Shown one piece after another: positions 22,135 to 29,689 of a stretch of DNA of 32,000 bases. Below the pieces are notes generated by a model that searched no databases, was not told the DNA's origin, and saw only the letters and a list, made by a program, of their open reading frames with translations. This DNA is from Candidatus Anammoxibacter sp. (lineage in GTDB: Bacteria > Planctomycetota > Brocadiia > Brocadiales > Anammoxibacteraceae). Every line of letters begins with the position of its first letter. Position 1 is the stretch's first letter. The position numbers were made by a program, and so were the translations under genes. The DNA is taken from NCBI GenBank assembly GCA_021777105.1, contig JAIQZQ010000131.1:5079-37078 (forward strand). Reading direction: 5' to 3'.

Positions 22135-24234
22135 TTAATTGCCGCTTTCAAAGCTGTTTACAAAGTTGTTTTCAACTTGTGGCAATGTGGAGTTTGGGGC
22201 GTTGACGGGCAATAATATGTTTATTGCGCACCCTTCTCTATCTTTGCTTGTAATGCTCAACGCGCCGTTGTTGCTTTCAATAATGCGTTTTGCCACCGGC
22301 AGCCCAAGCCCGAGGCTTGACTGTTTTGTTGAATAAAATGGCGTAAATATATGCGGCCACACGGTTGTGGAGACGCCTACTCCTGTGTCTTTTATAAGTA
22401 AATCGATAAACTCCGGGTCGGTGGCGGGCCCGGTGTTGGTTGCTTTTAGCGTTAATGTTAATCCGCCGCCGTCCGGCATTGCATCGGCGGCGTTGTTGAT
22501 AATGTTTGAAATGGCCAGTATTATTTGATCGGGGTCGATATAGACTTGCTGATCACGGCATTTGTACTGTTTGGTTATTGCTATTTTGTTTTTTTTGAAT
22601 TTGTCGGCGTGCTCGCAGAGTAGGCTGTCTATAAGCGCGATAATCTTTATATTTTGAGGCCGGGGTTGAGTCTGCCGGCTAAAAAGGGTTAGTTTGTCAG
22701 TTACTTCTTCAAGCCGTTTCAACTCGCTTATTAAAACTTTATAATATTCAGTTTTAAACTCGTGATCGTTGTGTTTTTCAGGGAACAGTTGGGCAAATGT
22801 GTTCACGGTTACAAGCGAGTCGCGCATTTTTGTGGACATGCACGAGGCGAGGTTTATCCAGAATGCTTTGTCTTCAAAGTATTTAAGTTGGGTCTCCATC
22901 TTTTTGCTTTTTGTTAGGTCCTGGAGGGTGATGACAACACCGGCGATGTTGTTAAAGCCGTCTTTGAGCTGCGAGGCGCGGACGCCGAAGGTTGCTTTGG
23001 TTGCGTTGTCTGTAATTTCGCGATCGCGGCATTCTTTTTCGTCCATTAATGCGCGCAACATGACATCCGCTATTTTAGAGCCGGCTTTTTGAACATCCTT
23101 GCCGATAACATCTGCCGCGTTTAAGCCGAGCATGTTTGCGGCCTTGATGTTGCAAGTGGTGATCTTGCCGGCTTTGTCAATGACAATAATGCCGGAATTT
23201 ATGTTGTTGATAATGTTATCGTGATAAATGCTTTTTGACATATATGCGCTATAATTTACGGTATTTTGAATAACTGCGCTTAAATACACAGCCAATGCCG
23301 GGAGCAGATCAAGCTCTTCGACGCTAAAGCCGTTGCCTATCATTTTATCCCCAAGGGCTATTGCGCCGATCAACGCGCCGTGCATTGATAAAGGGGCGCA
23401 TATGCCGGCGTTCAGGATGGCCATATCCCGTCTTACATCGCTGTCGACTATGGCTCTTTCGTATATCGGGTTGCTGAGGCGCAATATCTTCCTGTGCTTT
23501 GACAACCATAACGTTAACCCTTTAAACATGGGGAATGCCGCTCTTTTGATCAGTTTATTGTCGATGCCCATATGGCCGCGGACAACATTTTCGCCGTTGA
23601 GGCTGTCTATAATCAGCAGGCTCGCGCTGTTGACTTTAAATATTGCGGCCAGGGCTTCGGTAATAGCAAAACATAGCTTATCGGTATCGGCGATATTTGA
23701 TATTGATCTGGAAAAGGCGTGGAATACCTCTTTGTAATTTAAGCTGTTTTGATCGTAAATGACATTATTAATGCGCTCGCCGTATGCGCCTGGAAACATA
23801 GGGTTGTTTTTAAACCGGTCGGCAAAAGGTTGATCGTCTATGTCGTTGCGCATTTTGTCCAGTTCACGGGCCATCTCCTGCCTATCGGCGACTTTGTTGA
23901 CGAACCTCCTTAGCTCCAGGCGTTGCAAAGGCTTTTCAATGACGTCAAACGCTCCATCGCAAATGTATTGATCGGTTTGTTCGCGTTCAAGCTTTGATAT
24001 TAAAAAGATGACGGCCGCTTTATTTGCGTGTTTTTGCAGATCGTCGAGCAAAGCGTTGTTTGAAGCGTATGCAAGACGGCTTTCAACAAACACAATATCA
24101 ATGGCATTGTATATTAAAGCCGTTGCCGCATCCTTTTGTTTTGGCGCCGTTAAAACAAAATGTTGATCGTTAATATGTTCTAAAAAGCAATCTATAGTCG
24201 CAGATTCGTCAGATATTACTAAAATTACAGCCAT
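22135..24234 (-). CDS. Histidine-kinase-like protein: pseudo-receiver (Glu at the acceptor site), GAF, PAS, His-less DHp, HATPase
   Basis: 699 aa. The REC-like N-terminus has ILVISDES, DIVFVESRL and IEKPL. The DHp aligns with the kinase at 7628..10150 (TFAQLFPEKHNDHEF vs TFAQLLPEKLDDHEF), but MSTKMRDSL replaces MVHDIRGPL. N-box NIINNAADA, G1 DTGVGV and G2 SLGLGLPVA are intact. Confidence 0.85.
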   Translation of the reverse strand: MAVILVISDESATIDCFLEHINDQHFVLTAPKQKDAATALIYNAIDIVFVESRLAYASNNALLDDLQKHANKAAVIFLISKLEREQTDQYICDGAFDVIEKPLQRLELRRFVNKVADRQEMARELDKMRNDIDDQPFADRFKNNPMFPGAYGERINNVIYDQNSLNYKEVFHAFSRSISNIADTDKLCFAITEALAAIFKVNSASLLIIDSLNGENVVRGHMGIDNKLIKRAAFPMFKGLTLWLSKHRKILRLSNPIYERAIVDSDVRRDMAILNAGICAPLSMHGALIGAIALGDKMIGNGFSVEELDLLPALAVYLSAVIQNTVNYSAYMSKSIYHDNIINNINSGIIVIDKAGKITTCNIKAANMLGLNAADVIGKDVQKAGSKIADVMLRALMDEKECRDREITDNATKATFGVRASQLKDGFNNIAGVVITLQDLTKSKKMETQLKYFEDKAFWINLASCMSTKMRDSLVTVNTFAQLFPEKHNDHEFKTEYYKVLISELKRLEEVTDKLTLFSRQTQPRPQNIKIIALIDSLLCEHADKFKKNKIAITKQYKCRDQQVYIDPDQIILAISNIINNAADAMPDGGGLTLTLKATNTGPATDPEFIDLLIKDTGVGVSTTVWPHIFTPFYSTKQSSLGLGLPVAKRIIESNNGALSITSKDREGCAINILLPVNAPNSTLPQVENNFVNSFESGN

Positions 24235-24340
24235 TGTTTTACGATGATGAATATATACATGTTCCGTTAATGTTAACCATTGGGCGCTGCCTTATTTGTA
24301 AATTGAGGCAATTTTGCGGGGGCGCTATATTGGCCCCTGT

Positions 24341-24787
24341 CTAATACTTCTTTTTCGCAAAACTTTTTATTAAAAACATAAGGCCTCTTCTAATATTGTT
24401 ATCTTTTATTGCATTAAAGGCTTTAAGCAGATCTGATTCCGATTTTGTGAATTTTGCGCCTTTGAGCGATTTTGTTAATAGTTCGAATCTTTCGTCTTTT
24501 TCGCTCTCTTTTTCGCTCTCTTTTTCCGTTGTTGCTCTCTCTATTGGGGGCTCTTCGGACGACCTTTCAAGGAAATATCCGATCTGCACGTCAAGCGCGG
24601 AGGCGATCATTATTAGCTTTTCAACTGTAAGCAGTGTATCGGCTTTCTCGTATTTTTGTAACTGTTGATATGAGATGCCGATATAATACGCCAGCTTTGT
24701 TTGTGAAAGACCTAACTCTTTTCGCCTTTTTCTGATTTTACTTCCGATTTCAGCGTTTGAATAATATTCAGGTTTTATAATAGTCAT
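24341..24787 (-). CDS. XRE-family helix-turn-helix transcriptional regulator
   Basis: IRKRRKELGLSQTKLAYYIGISYQQLQKYEKADTLLTVEKLIMIASALDV is a classic Cro/C1-type HTH. The C-terminal half is acidic and low-complexity (EKESEKESEKDE). Confidence 0.85.
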   Translation of the reverse strand: MTIIKPEYYSNAEIGSKIRKRRKELGLSQTKLAYYIGISYQQLQKYEKADTLLTVEKLIMIASALDVQIGYFLERSSEEPPIERATTEKESEKESEKDERFELLTKSLKGAKFTKSESDLLKAFNAIKDNNIRRGLMFLIKSFAKKKY

Positions 24788-24860
24788 GATAAATGAAATG
24801 TTGTTTTAAAGTAAAAAAAACTATAACATACGATTTAATAAGTTATCCCCTTTTGAGAAT

Positions 24861-24913
24861 AAATGAACACTGAGCGGCTTGTCTGCTCTGGTTAGAATTA
24901 TGCCCAGGGTGGC
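24861..24913. repeat. Dispersed ~54-bp repeat (family I), copy 2, inverted
   Basis: AAATGAACACTGAGCGGCTTGTCTGCTCTGGTTAGAATTATGCCCAGGGTGGC, located just upstream of the XRE gene start. Confidence 0.8.
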
Positions 24914-25120
24914 TAATAATGAGTAAAGGCGTAAAAGCGCCCGGCTGTTAGCCTGATTCATCCGCTTAACTCAAGCGCTAAAAAACGGGTTCGGCGCGCC
25001 TCGATTTTGTGTCATTATTTGTTGGCGACAGTGAAACTAAAGCGTTGTAAAATGAAAAAAAATAGTTAAAATTGTGCTTTTATAAATTAATTAAAACTTG
25101 CAGTTGGTAAAATATAAAAT

Positions 25121-25135
25121 AACTGTTTGTTGGCG
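25121..25135 (+). promoter_or_regulatory. Candidate sigma-54 (-24/-12) promoter, TGGCGC-N5-TTGC
   Basis: TTGGCGCTGTTATTGCG against the consensus TGGCAC-N5-TTGC: exact GG/GC spacing and one mismatch in the -24 element. It points toward the SGNH hydrolase gene, 414 nt downstream. Confidence 0.4.
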
Positions 25136-25548
25136 CTGTTATTGCGTTAATATTTAATGGTTATTTGCAAAATAGGCGCCAAAAATCCTTTGTCGATTAA
25201 CAACGAAAACATGCAGTATGACGGGCAAAATGCGCTTCTCTTTATATTGGAGGCTTTTAAAAGATGTTAATAATGCGTTTAAATTCTGCATTTTATTTAT
25301 TCATGAGAGCGATTCCTGATTAGTACCGTAAAGCGATTACAAGATTGTAATAAAATCACGTAGAGTTACAATAAAAATGTTATGAATAACCGGTTGAAAC
25401 TTCTTTAAAGGAAGAATTAGGCGCCTTTGACGAGTATGTTGTTGTGAATTAACATAAATGTGTCAATTTTTGCGCGCCTGACAGCCCGGGATCCGGTAGT
25501 CGGTAATCAGGGGCAAGCGAAGCGCAACCCTGGGAATCGGAAACAATT

Positions 25549-26754
25549 ATGGAATCAAAAGAACAGGATTTATCAAAGCCGTTGGCGGAAAAAGCGGATG
25601 AAATTGCGGCGCTCGGCAAAAACTTAGGGGCTGACGAAACTAAGTTGCGCTGGGGCAAGCGGGCCATATTTTACGCGGCTCCGTTTTTGATTTTGGCGTT
25701 AATATTGTTGTGCGTTGAGGGGGGGACGCGTTTGTGCGCGCCGTATATAAGCCCTTTGGAAGCTTTTGTGAGGGTTGCTTCGCCGGAGGTTGCAACCAAG
25801 GATAAGGAGACCGGGGTTTACGAAGGTGATCCGTGGCTTGGGTGGAAGTTAAAGCCTGATTTAAAGAGCGCTTATTGGGATTACACTATGTTTTCCACAA
25901 ACAGGCTTGGCATAAGGCACGGCAGGCCGCTTAGGACAAAGCCTCGCGGATTGTTCCGGATTATTTGCCTGGGCGATTCGGTGACGTTTGGTTACCGTGT
26001 GCCGGTTTGTTTTCCGCCGAAAATGACACACAATCCTAAAAATATTCCATATCCAATGCAGATTGAAAAGAGGCTGCGCAATCTAAACGCCGGCCGAGAG
26101 ATAGAGGTGGTTGCGATGGGCGTTCCCGGGTATACAAGCTATCAGGGGGTGGAGTGGCTTAAGAGGGATATAAAAATGTTAAAGCCCGATCTTGTTACTG
26201 TGTGCTATGGATGGAACGACACTGATGTAAGATACCTGCCTGATAGCAAAACCATTGAAAACAGTTGGTTTAGCGTGTTTCAGCGCAGGATTATGCGGCA
26301 TAGCCAGGCGATGATGTATATATCGCAGTGGAGGGAATCAATTAGAAACAAGGGCGGCGGGGCTAAGAAACTTTCCCGGTCGGTTCCGCGTGTATCTAAA
26401 GATGAGTATATCGGCAACATTCTTTCAATAATAGAGCTTGCCGCCCATAACGGCTCAAAAGCCGCTGTAATTGGCCAAGTGTACCGCGACGCTAAAACAA
26501 ACCCGCCTCAAGCTAATCGAATAAAGATTTATCGCGAACTTCTTGCTGAAACTATGAAAAAAAACGGCGTTCCATATCTGAAAATTGATAAACTGGTCGA
26601 GACTGCAAACCCGGGCAACGCGCATTTGTTTGGTGAACTGATACATCCGGGTTATGAGGGGCACGTGGTGATGGCGGATGAAATATTGGAGTTTCTTGAT
26701 AAAAAAGGCTTGTTGGCCGGCATGTCGGCGGCGGCTGAGGTGGTTAAAGATTAA
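25549..26754 (+). CDS. SGNH/GDSL-family hydrolase with an N-terminal membrane anchor
   Basis: TM segment AIFYAAPFLILALILLCV. Block I RIICLGDSVTFGY, block III VCYGWNDT, block V-like GELIHPGYEGH. Confidence 0.8.
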   Translation: MESKEQDLSKPLAEKADEIAALGKNLGADETKLRWGKRAIFYAAPFLILALILLCVEGGTRLCAPYISPLEAFVRVASPEVATKDKETGVYEGDPWLGWKLKPDLKSAYWDYTMFSTNRLGIRHGRPLRTKPRGLFRIICLGDSVTFGYRVPVCFPPKMTHNPKNIPYPMQIEKRLRNLNAGREIEVVAMGVPGYTSYQGVEWLKRDIKMLKPDLVTVCYGWNDTDVRYLPDSKTIENSWFSVFQRRIMRHSQAMMYISQWRESIRNKGGGAKKLSRSVPRVSKDEYIGNILSIIELAAHNGSKAAVIGQVYRDAKTNPPQANRIKIYRELLAETMKKNGVPYLKIDKLVETANPGNAHLFGELIHPGYEGHVVMADEILEFLDKKGLLAGMSAAAEVVKD

Positions 26755-26762
26755 TGGGGTTA

Positions 26763-26942
26763 AGGGGCTGCGCAAAAATAACTTGGTCTAGCCACGCTCA
26801 TCTTCAGGCCAACATTGAACTATCTTCAATCGCCGAATCCTCAACGCAGCTATGGCTGCGCATCCGGTTCGGCTCAATCAGATTGTCCAAATTTAACCCA
26901 AATCTAAACGCATCTAGACCAAGTTATTTTTGCGCAGCCCCT
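26763..26942. mobile_element. MITE-like element / long hairpin: 29-bp perfect terminal inverted repeats around a 122-bp core
   Basis: AGGGGCTGCGCAAAAATAACTTGGTCTAG at 26763-26791 matches the reverse complement of 26914-26942 at 29/29 positions. No coding capacity. A diverged left-half copy lies at 6311-6396. Confidence 0.7.
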
Positions 26943-27057
26943 AAGGATGTTGTTTCCGCATTTTTCCTTTATCACGGCAATCCTGCATATGCTCTCGCGA
27001 CCTGCCTTTAATAGGCGCTAATAATCCGCGGCATACCGGAAAGCCTCTGACAATCGG

Positions 27058-27099
27058 CCTCCCCTATAAAAAGAGGGGAACGAGAGGTGTGTAAAAGGC
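27058..27099. repeat. Family-B hairpin repeat between convergent genes; likely terminator
   Basis: CCTCCCCTATAAAAAGAGGGGAACGAGAGGTGTGTAAAAGG is near-identical in layout to 29576-29616. Confidence 0.8.
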
Positions 27100-27107
27100 T
27101 CAAGCCC

Positions 27108-27482
27108 TTAGCAAAACGCAAACTTTTCAACTACGCTCTTTATCTGTATATGGGAGGCTTCAGGGATGTCCAGAAATTGTAATCCATAGAATTTGTCGCT
27201 ATTTGTGTGCCTAACCAATGAGGCAAACGTCTGCACCGGATTGTCGTTTGTGTTTAAAGTGAAGTTTACGCGGGCTTTCATCTTGCCGTCGTCAAGCATG
27301 CTTAAAGTCGGTTCGTCCACGTTTTTTGCCAATCTCAGGCCTATTCCGTTAACGCTGATGTCTACAATGTCGGCCTTGATGCCGGGGCCGGCGCATTTAA
27401 AGTCGGCTTCATGCGCGTCGACAAAGTCTATTCGCGCCTTTTTATTAAGTTTGATTCTGGGCGCAAGCCTTTTGTTATCAAT
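27108..27482 (-). CDS. Single-domain PilZ protein (c-di-GMP-binding type), apparent ATT start
   Basis: The ORF track reports only 27108..27332 (TTG start). Extending the same frame upstream to the in-frame TAA gives IDNKRLAPRIKLNKKARIDFVDAHEADFKCAGPGIKADIVDISVNGIGLRLAKN... This contains both PilZ signatures, RxxxR (RLAPR) and D/NxSxxG (DISVNG). AGGAGG (27494-27489) lies 6 nt before ATT (27482-27480). No ATG, GTG or TTG occurs in frame upstream of 27332. Confidence 0.7.
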   Translation of the reverse strand: MDNKRLAPRIKLNKKARIDFVDAHEADFKCAGPGIKADIVDISVNGIGLRLAKNVDEPTLSMLDDGKMKARVNFTLNTNDNPVQTFASLVRHTNSDKFYGLQFLDIPEASHIQIKSVVEKFAFC

Positions 27483-27937
27483 GACGAGCCTCCTTCTTTA
27501 TAAAATAGGGGTTGAGAAACCCAGGGTTGCGCTTCGCTGCATCTGGATTGGTATAATTTAAGCCTTTATTTTGGTATATTTTTAATTTCCGTGCCTATTC
27601 GTGTCTTTTCATGGGAGCTCTTTTGCTTTTTATTCAAAATTCATCATTCGCTTTTGCTCTTCGCTCGGAGTTTATACTGAGTAATTACGAAGTGCGCCAT
27701 GCTCTGCGCGCTTATTATTGCTTTTAAAAATTAAGCAGTCAATAATAAAATAAGCCGGCGTCTGAACTTAAAAACAGGTTAATTTGCCTTCCGCGTCTGT
27801 TATATTTATTTCTCTTCAAATTTTCCAATTTTTGTTTTGTTCGATCTTGCCGTTCGTGGTATTATTTCAGGTTATAAATATCTCTGTTATTTATATTTAA
27901 TATAGTTGCCAAAAAGTTATGCGGGCATTATCCGGGC

Positions 27938-28309
27938 ATGTTAAAATTCGTTAAAATAGCCGATTTCTCAAAAAAGGAATTCATAGTTGTTTTGACCCTC
28001 TCATTTGCTTTAATAGCGTGCATTGGTTTGCGTTTTGCCAGGGATAATCATTGGAATCTTGACCCTGTCAGAATAATTTCAGCTGAAAATGAGGGGAAAA
28101 GTTACCAAATTGATATAAATTCGGCTGATTGGCGCGAGCTGACGTTGATACCCGGAGTCGGGCAGAAAAAAGCTATAGATATAGTTAAATACCGGGCTAA
28201 ACACGGGAATTTTCACTCAACTGATGAACTGCGCAATGTTGAAGGGATAGGCAATTCGATTTTAGACGCGATAAAAAACATGGTTGTTGTTAATAACACG
28301 GGGGAGTAA
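27938..28309 (+). CDS. comEA: ComEA-family helix-hairpin-helix DNA-binding protein
   Basis: N-terminal TM segment, then DINSADWRELTLIPGVGQKKAIDIVKYRAKHGNFHSTDELRNVEGIGNSILDAIK, the ComEA HhH signature. Confidence 0.8.
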   Translation: MLKFVKIADFSKKEFIVVLTLSFALIACIGLRFARDNHWNLDPVRIISAENEGKSYQIDINSADWRELTLIPGVGQKKAIDIVKYRAKHGNFHSTDELRNVEGIGNSILDAIKNMVVVNNTGE

Positions 28310-29586
28310 TGGACGGCAAAAATCAGAAGCTTTTGGAAAATGTGTGGATCAGGGCTATATTAATAGCGTGCTCGATTTGCGCTTTTTTTTTCGTCTGTAA
28401 TTTCCTGCGCGGCATCCTCATTTCACTATTTCTTGCCTTTACTATTGCGTACATCTTTGATCCTGTTGTGGATTTTATTGAAATGCGCAAAAGGATACTT
28501 CCCGGAATAAGGATAAAACGCTCGTTGGCCATTTTCGTATTGATATTAGGGTTATTGTTAATCGCGGGCGGAGTTCTGTCGTATGCGTTGCCTAAGACAA
28601 TTAACGGCGCGCAACAGGTTGGAAACACACTTAAACAACGGTTTCCTAAATTTCGGACAAATGTGGAAAAAATAATTAAAGGTTACGGGGAGAACCAGTT
28701 TGCTCTGTTTTTAAAAGATAAAATCGGCGCCGGCGACAAGGCCGTTTCAAATTTGCGCGAAGAGACCGGGGAGGCTCCCGCGTCCGGCATTGCCGCGGGC
28801 GATGGGGGGAAAGTGGAAGGCTTAAAGAAACGCGTGATGAAACCCCTGATCAATATAAAGAAGTATTCGCCGCAGATTATGAAATTTGGGTCGAGTATTG
28901 CCAACGAGGTATTTAAAAGCTTCGGCATGATAATAAACTTTTTCATTTTCGGGGTTGTGACCGTATATCTATTAAAAGACTTTGATCATATAACCGCAAA
29001 GATACGCGACTTGATTCCAGAGGCTAATCGCGGCAAGGTGGGCGAGGTATTTGCGAAGATCGACGTCAATTTAAAGGAGTTTTTCAGAGGACAAATAGTT
29101 GTCTGCCTGATTCTTTCAACAATATACAGCATCGGGCTGACTATAGTCGGGGTGCCGTTGTCGTTTGTATTGGGATTTGTAGCCGGATTCGGCAATGTTA
29201 TTCCATATGTGGGCACTGTGGTTGGGTTGGGGCTTGCAATGGTTATAGCCTTTTTTCAGTTTCATGATGTTCAGCATCTTGCGTTTGTCGGCATTGTTTT
29301 CGGTGTCGGGCAGTTTCTTGAAGGCACGGTGATAACGCCGAGGATAATCGGCGGCAAGCTGGGGCTGAGCCCTGTGGCTATAATTATCTCTATTCTGATT
29401 TGGAGCCAATTGCTTGGTTTTTTGGGGCTTCTACTTGCCGTGCCTATAACATCGGCGGCAAAGGTGTTGATTGACGAGGGAATAATAAAATACAAATCAT
29501 CTAAACTTTTTAAGAAACAAGCCCCGCTTAGCGCGGAGAGCTTAGCGGGTAGCGAAGAAAACAAAAATGTTGAACCTCCCCTCTAA
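28309..29586 (+). CDS. AI-2E family transporter (PerM/YhhT-like, UPF0118)
   Basis: Multi-TM protein. GFGNVIPYVGTVVG and ITPRIIGGKLGLSPVAIIISILIWSQLLGFLGLLLAVPI are the family's conserved C-terminal motifs. The start overlaps the comEA stop (TAATG). Confidence 0.85.
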   Translation: MDGKNQKLLENVWIRAILIACSICAFFFVCNFLRGILISLFLAFTIAYIFDPVVDFIEMRKRILPGIRIKRSLAIFVLILGLLLIAGGVLSYALPKTINGAQQVGNTLKQRFPKFRTNVEKIIKGYGENQFALFLKDKIGAGDKAVSNLREETGEAPASGIAAGDGGKVEGLKKRVMKPLINIKKYSPQIMKFGSSIANEVFKSFGMIINFFIFGVVTVYLLKDFDHITAKIRDLIPEANRGKVGEVFAKIDVNLKEFFRGQIVVCLILSTIYSIGLTIVGVPLSFVLGFVAGFGNVIPYVGTVVGLGLAMVIAFFQFHDVQHLAFVGIVFGVGQFLEGTVITPRIIGGKLGLSPVAIIISILIWSQLLGFLGLLLAVPITSAAKVLIDEGIIKYKSSKLFKKQAPLSAESLAGSEENKNVEPPL

Positions 29587-29616
29587 AAAGAGGGGGACGA
29601 GGGGAGTGTAAGGGCA
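29576..29616. repeat. Family-B hairpin repeat overlapping the 3' end of the transporter gene
   Basis: CCTCCCCTCTAAAAAGAGGGGGACGAGGGGAGTGTAAGGGC. The last three codons and the TAA stop of the AI-2E gene lie inside it. Confidence 0.8.
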
Positions 29617-29689
29617 TCGCGCGAAGAACAAAAACTATATGCTAACTAATAACTTATATAACTGATTGCCGAATTAACTGGAGGAATAT

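Noticed and set aside
26754-27011. 85-aa ORF immediately after the SGNH hydrolase gene
   Set aside because: It reads straight through the MITE-like inverted-repeat element. The sequence has no protein-like features and no ribosome-binding site.
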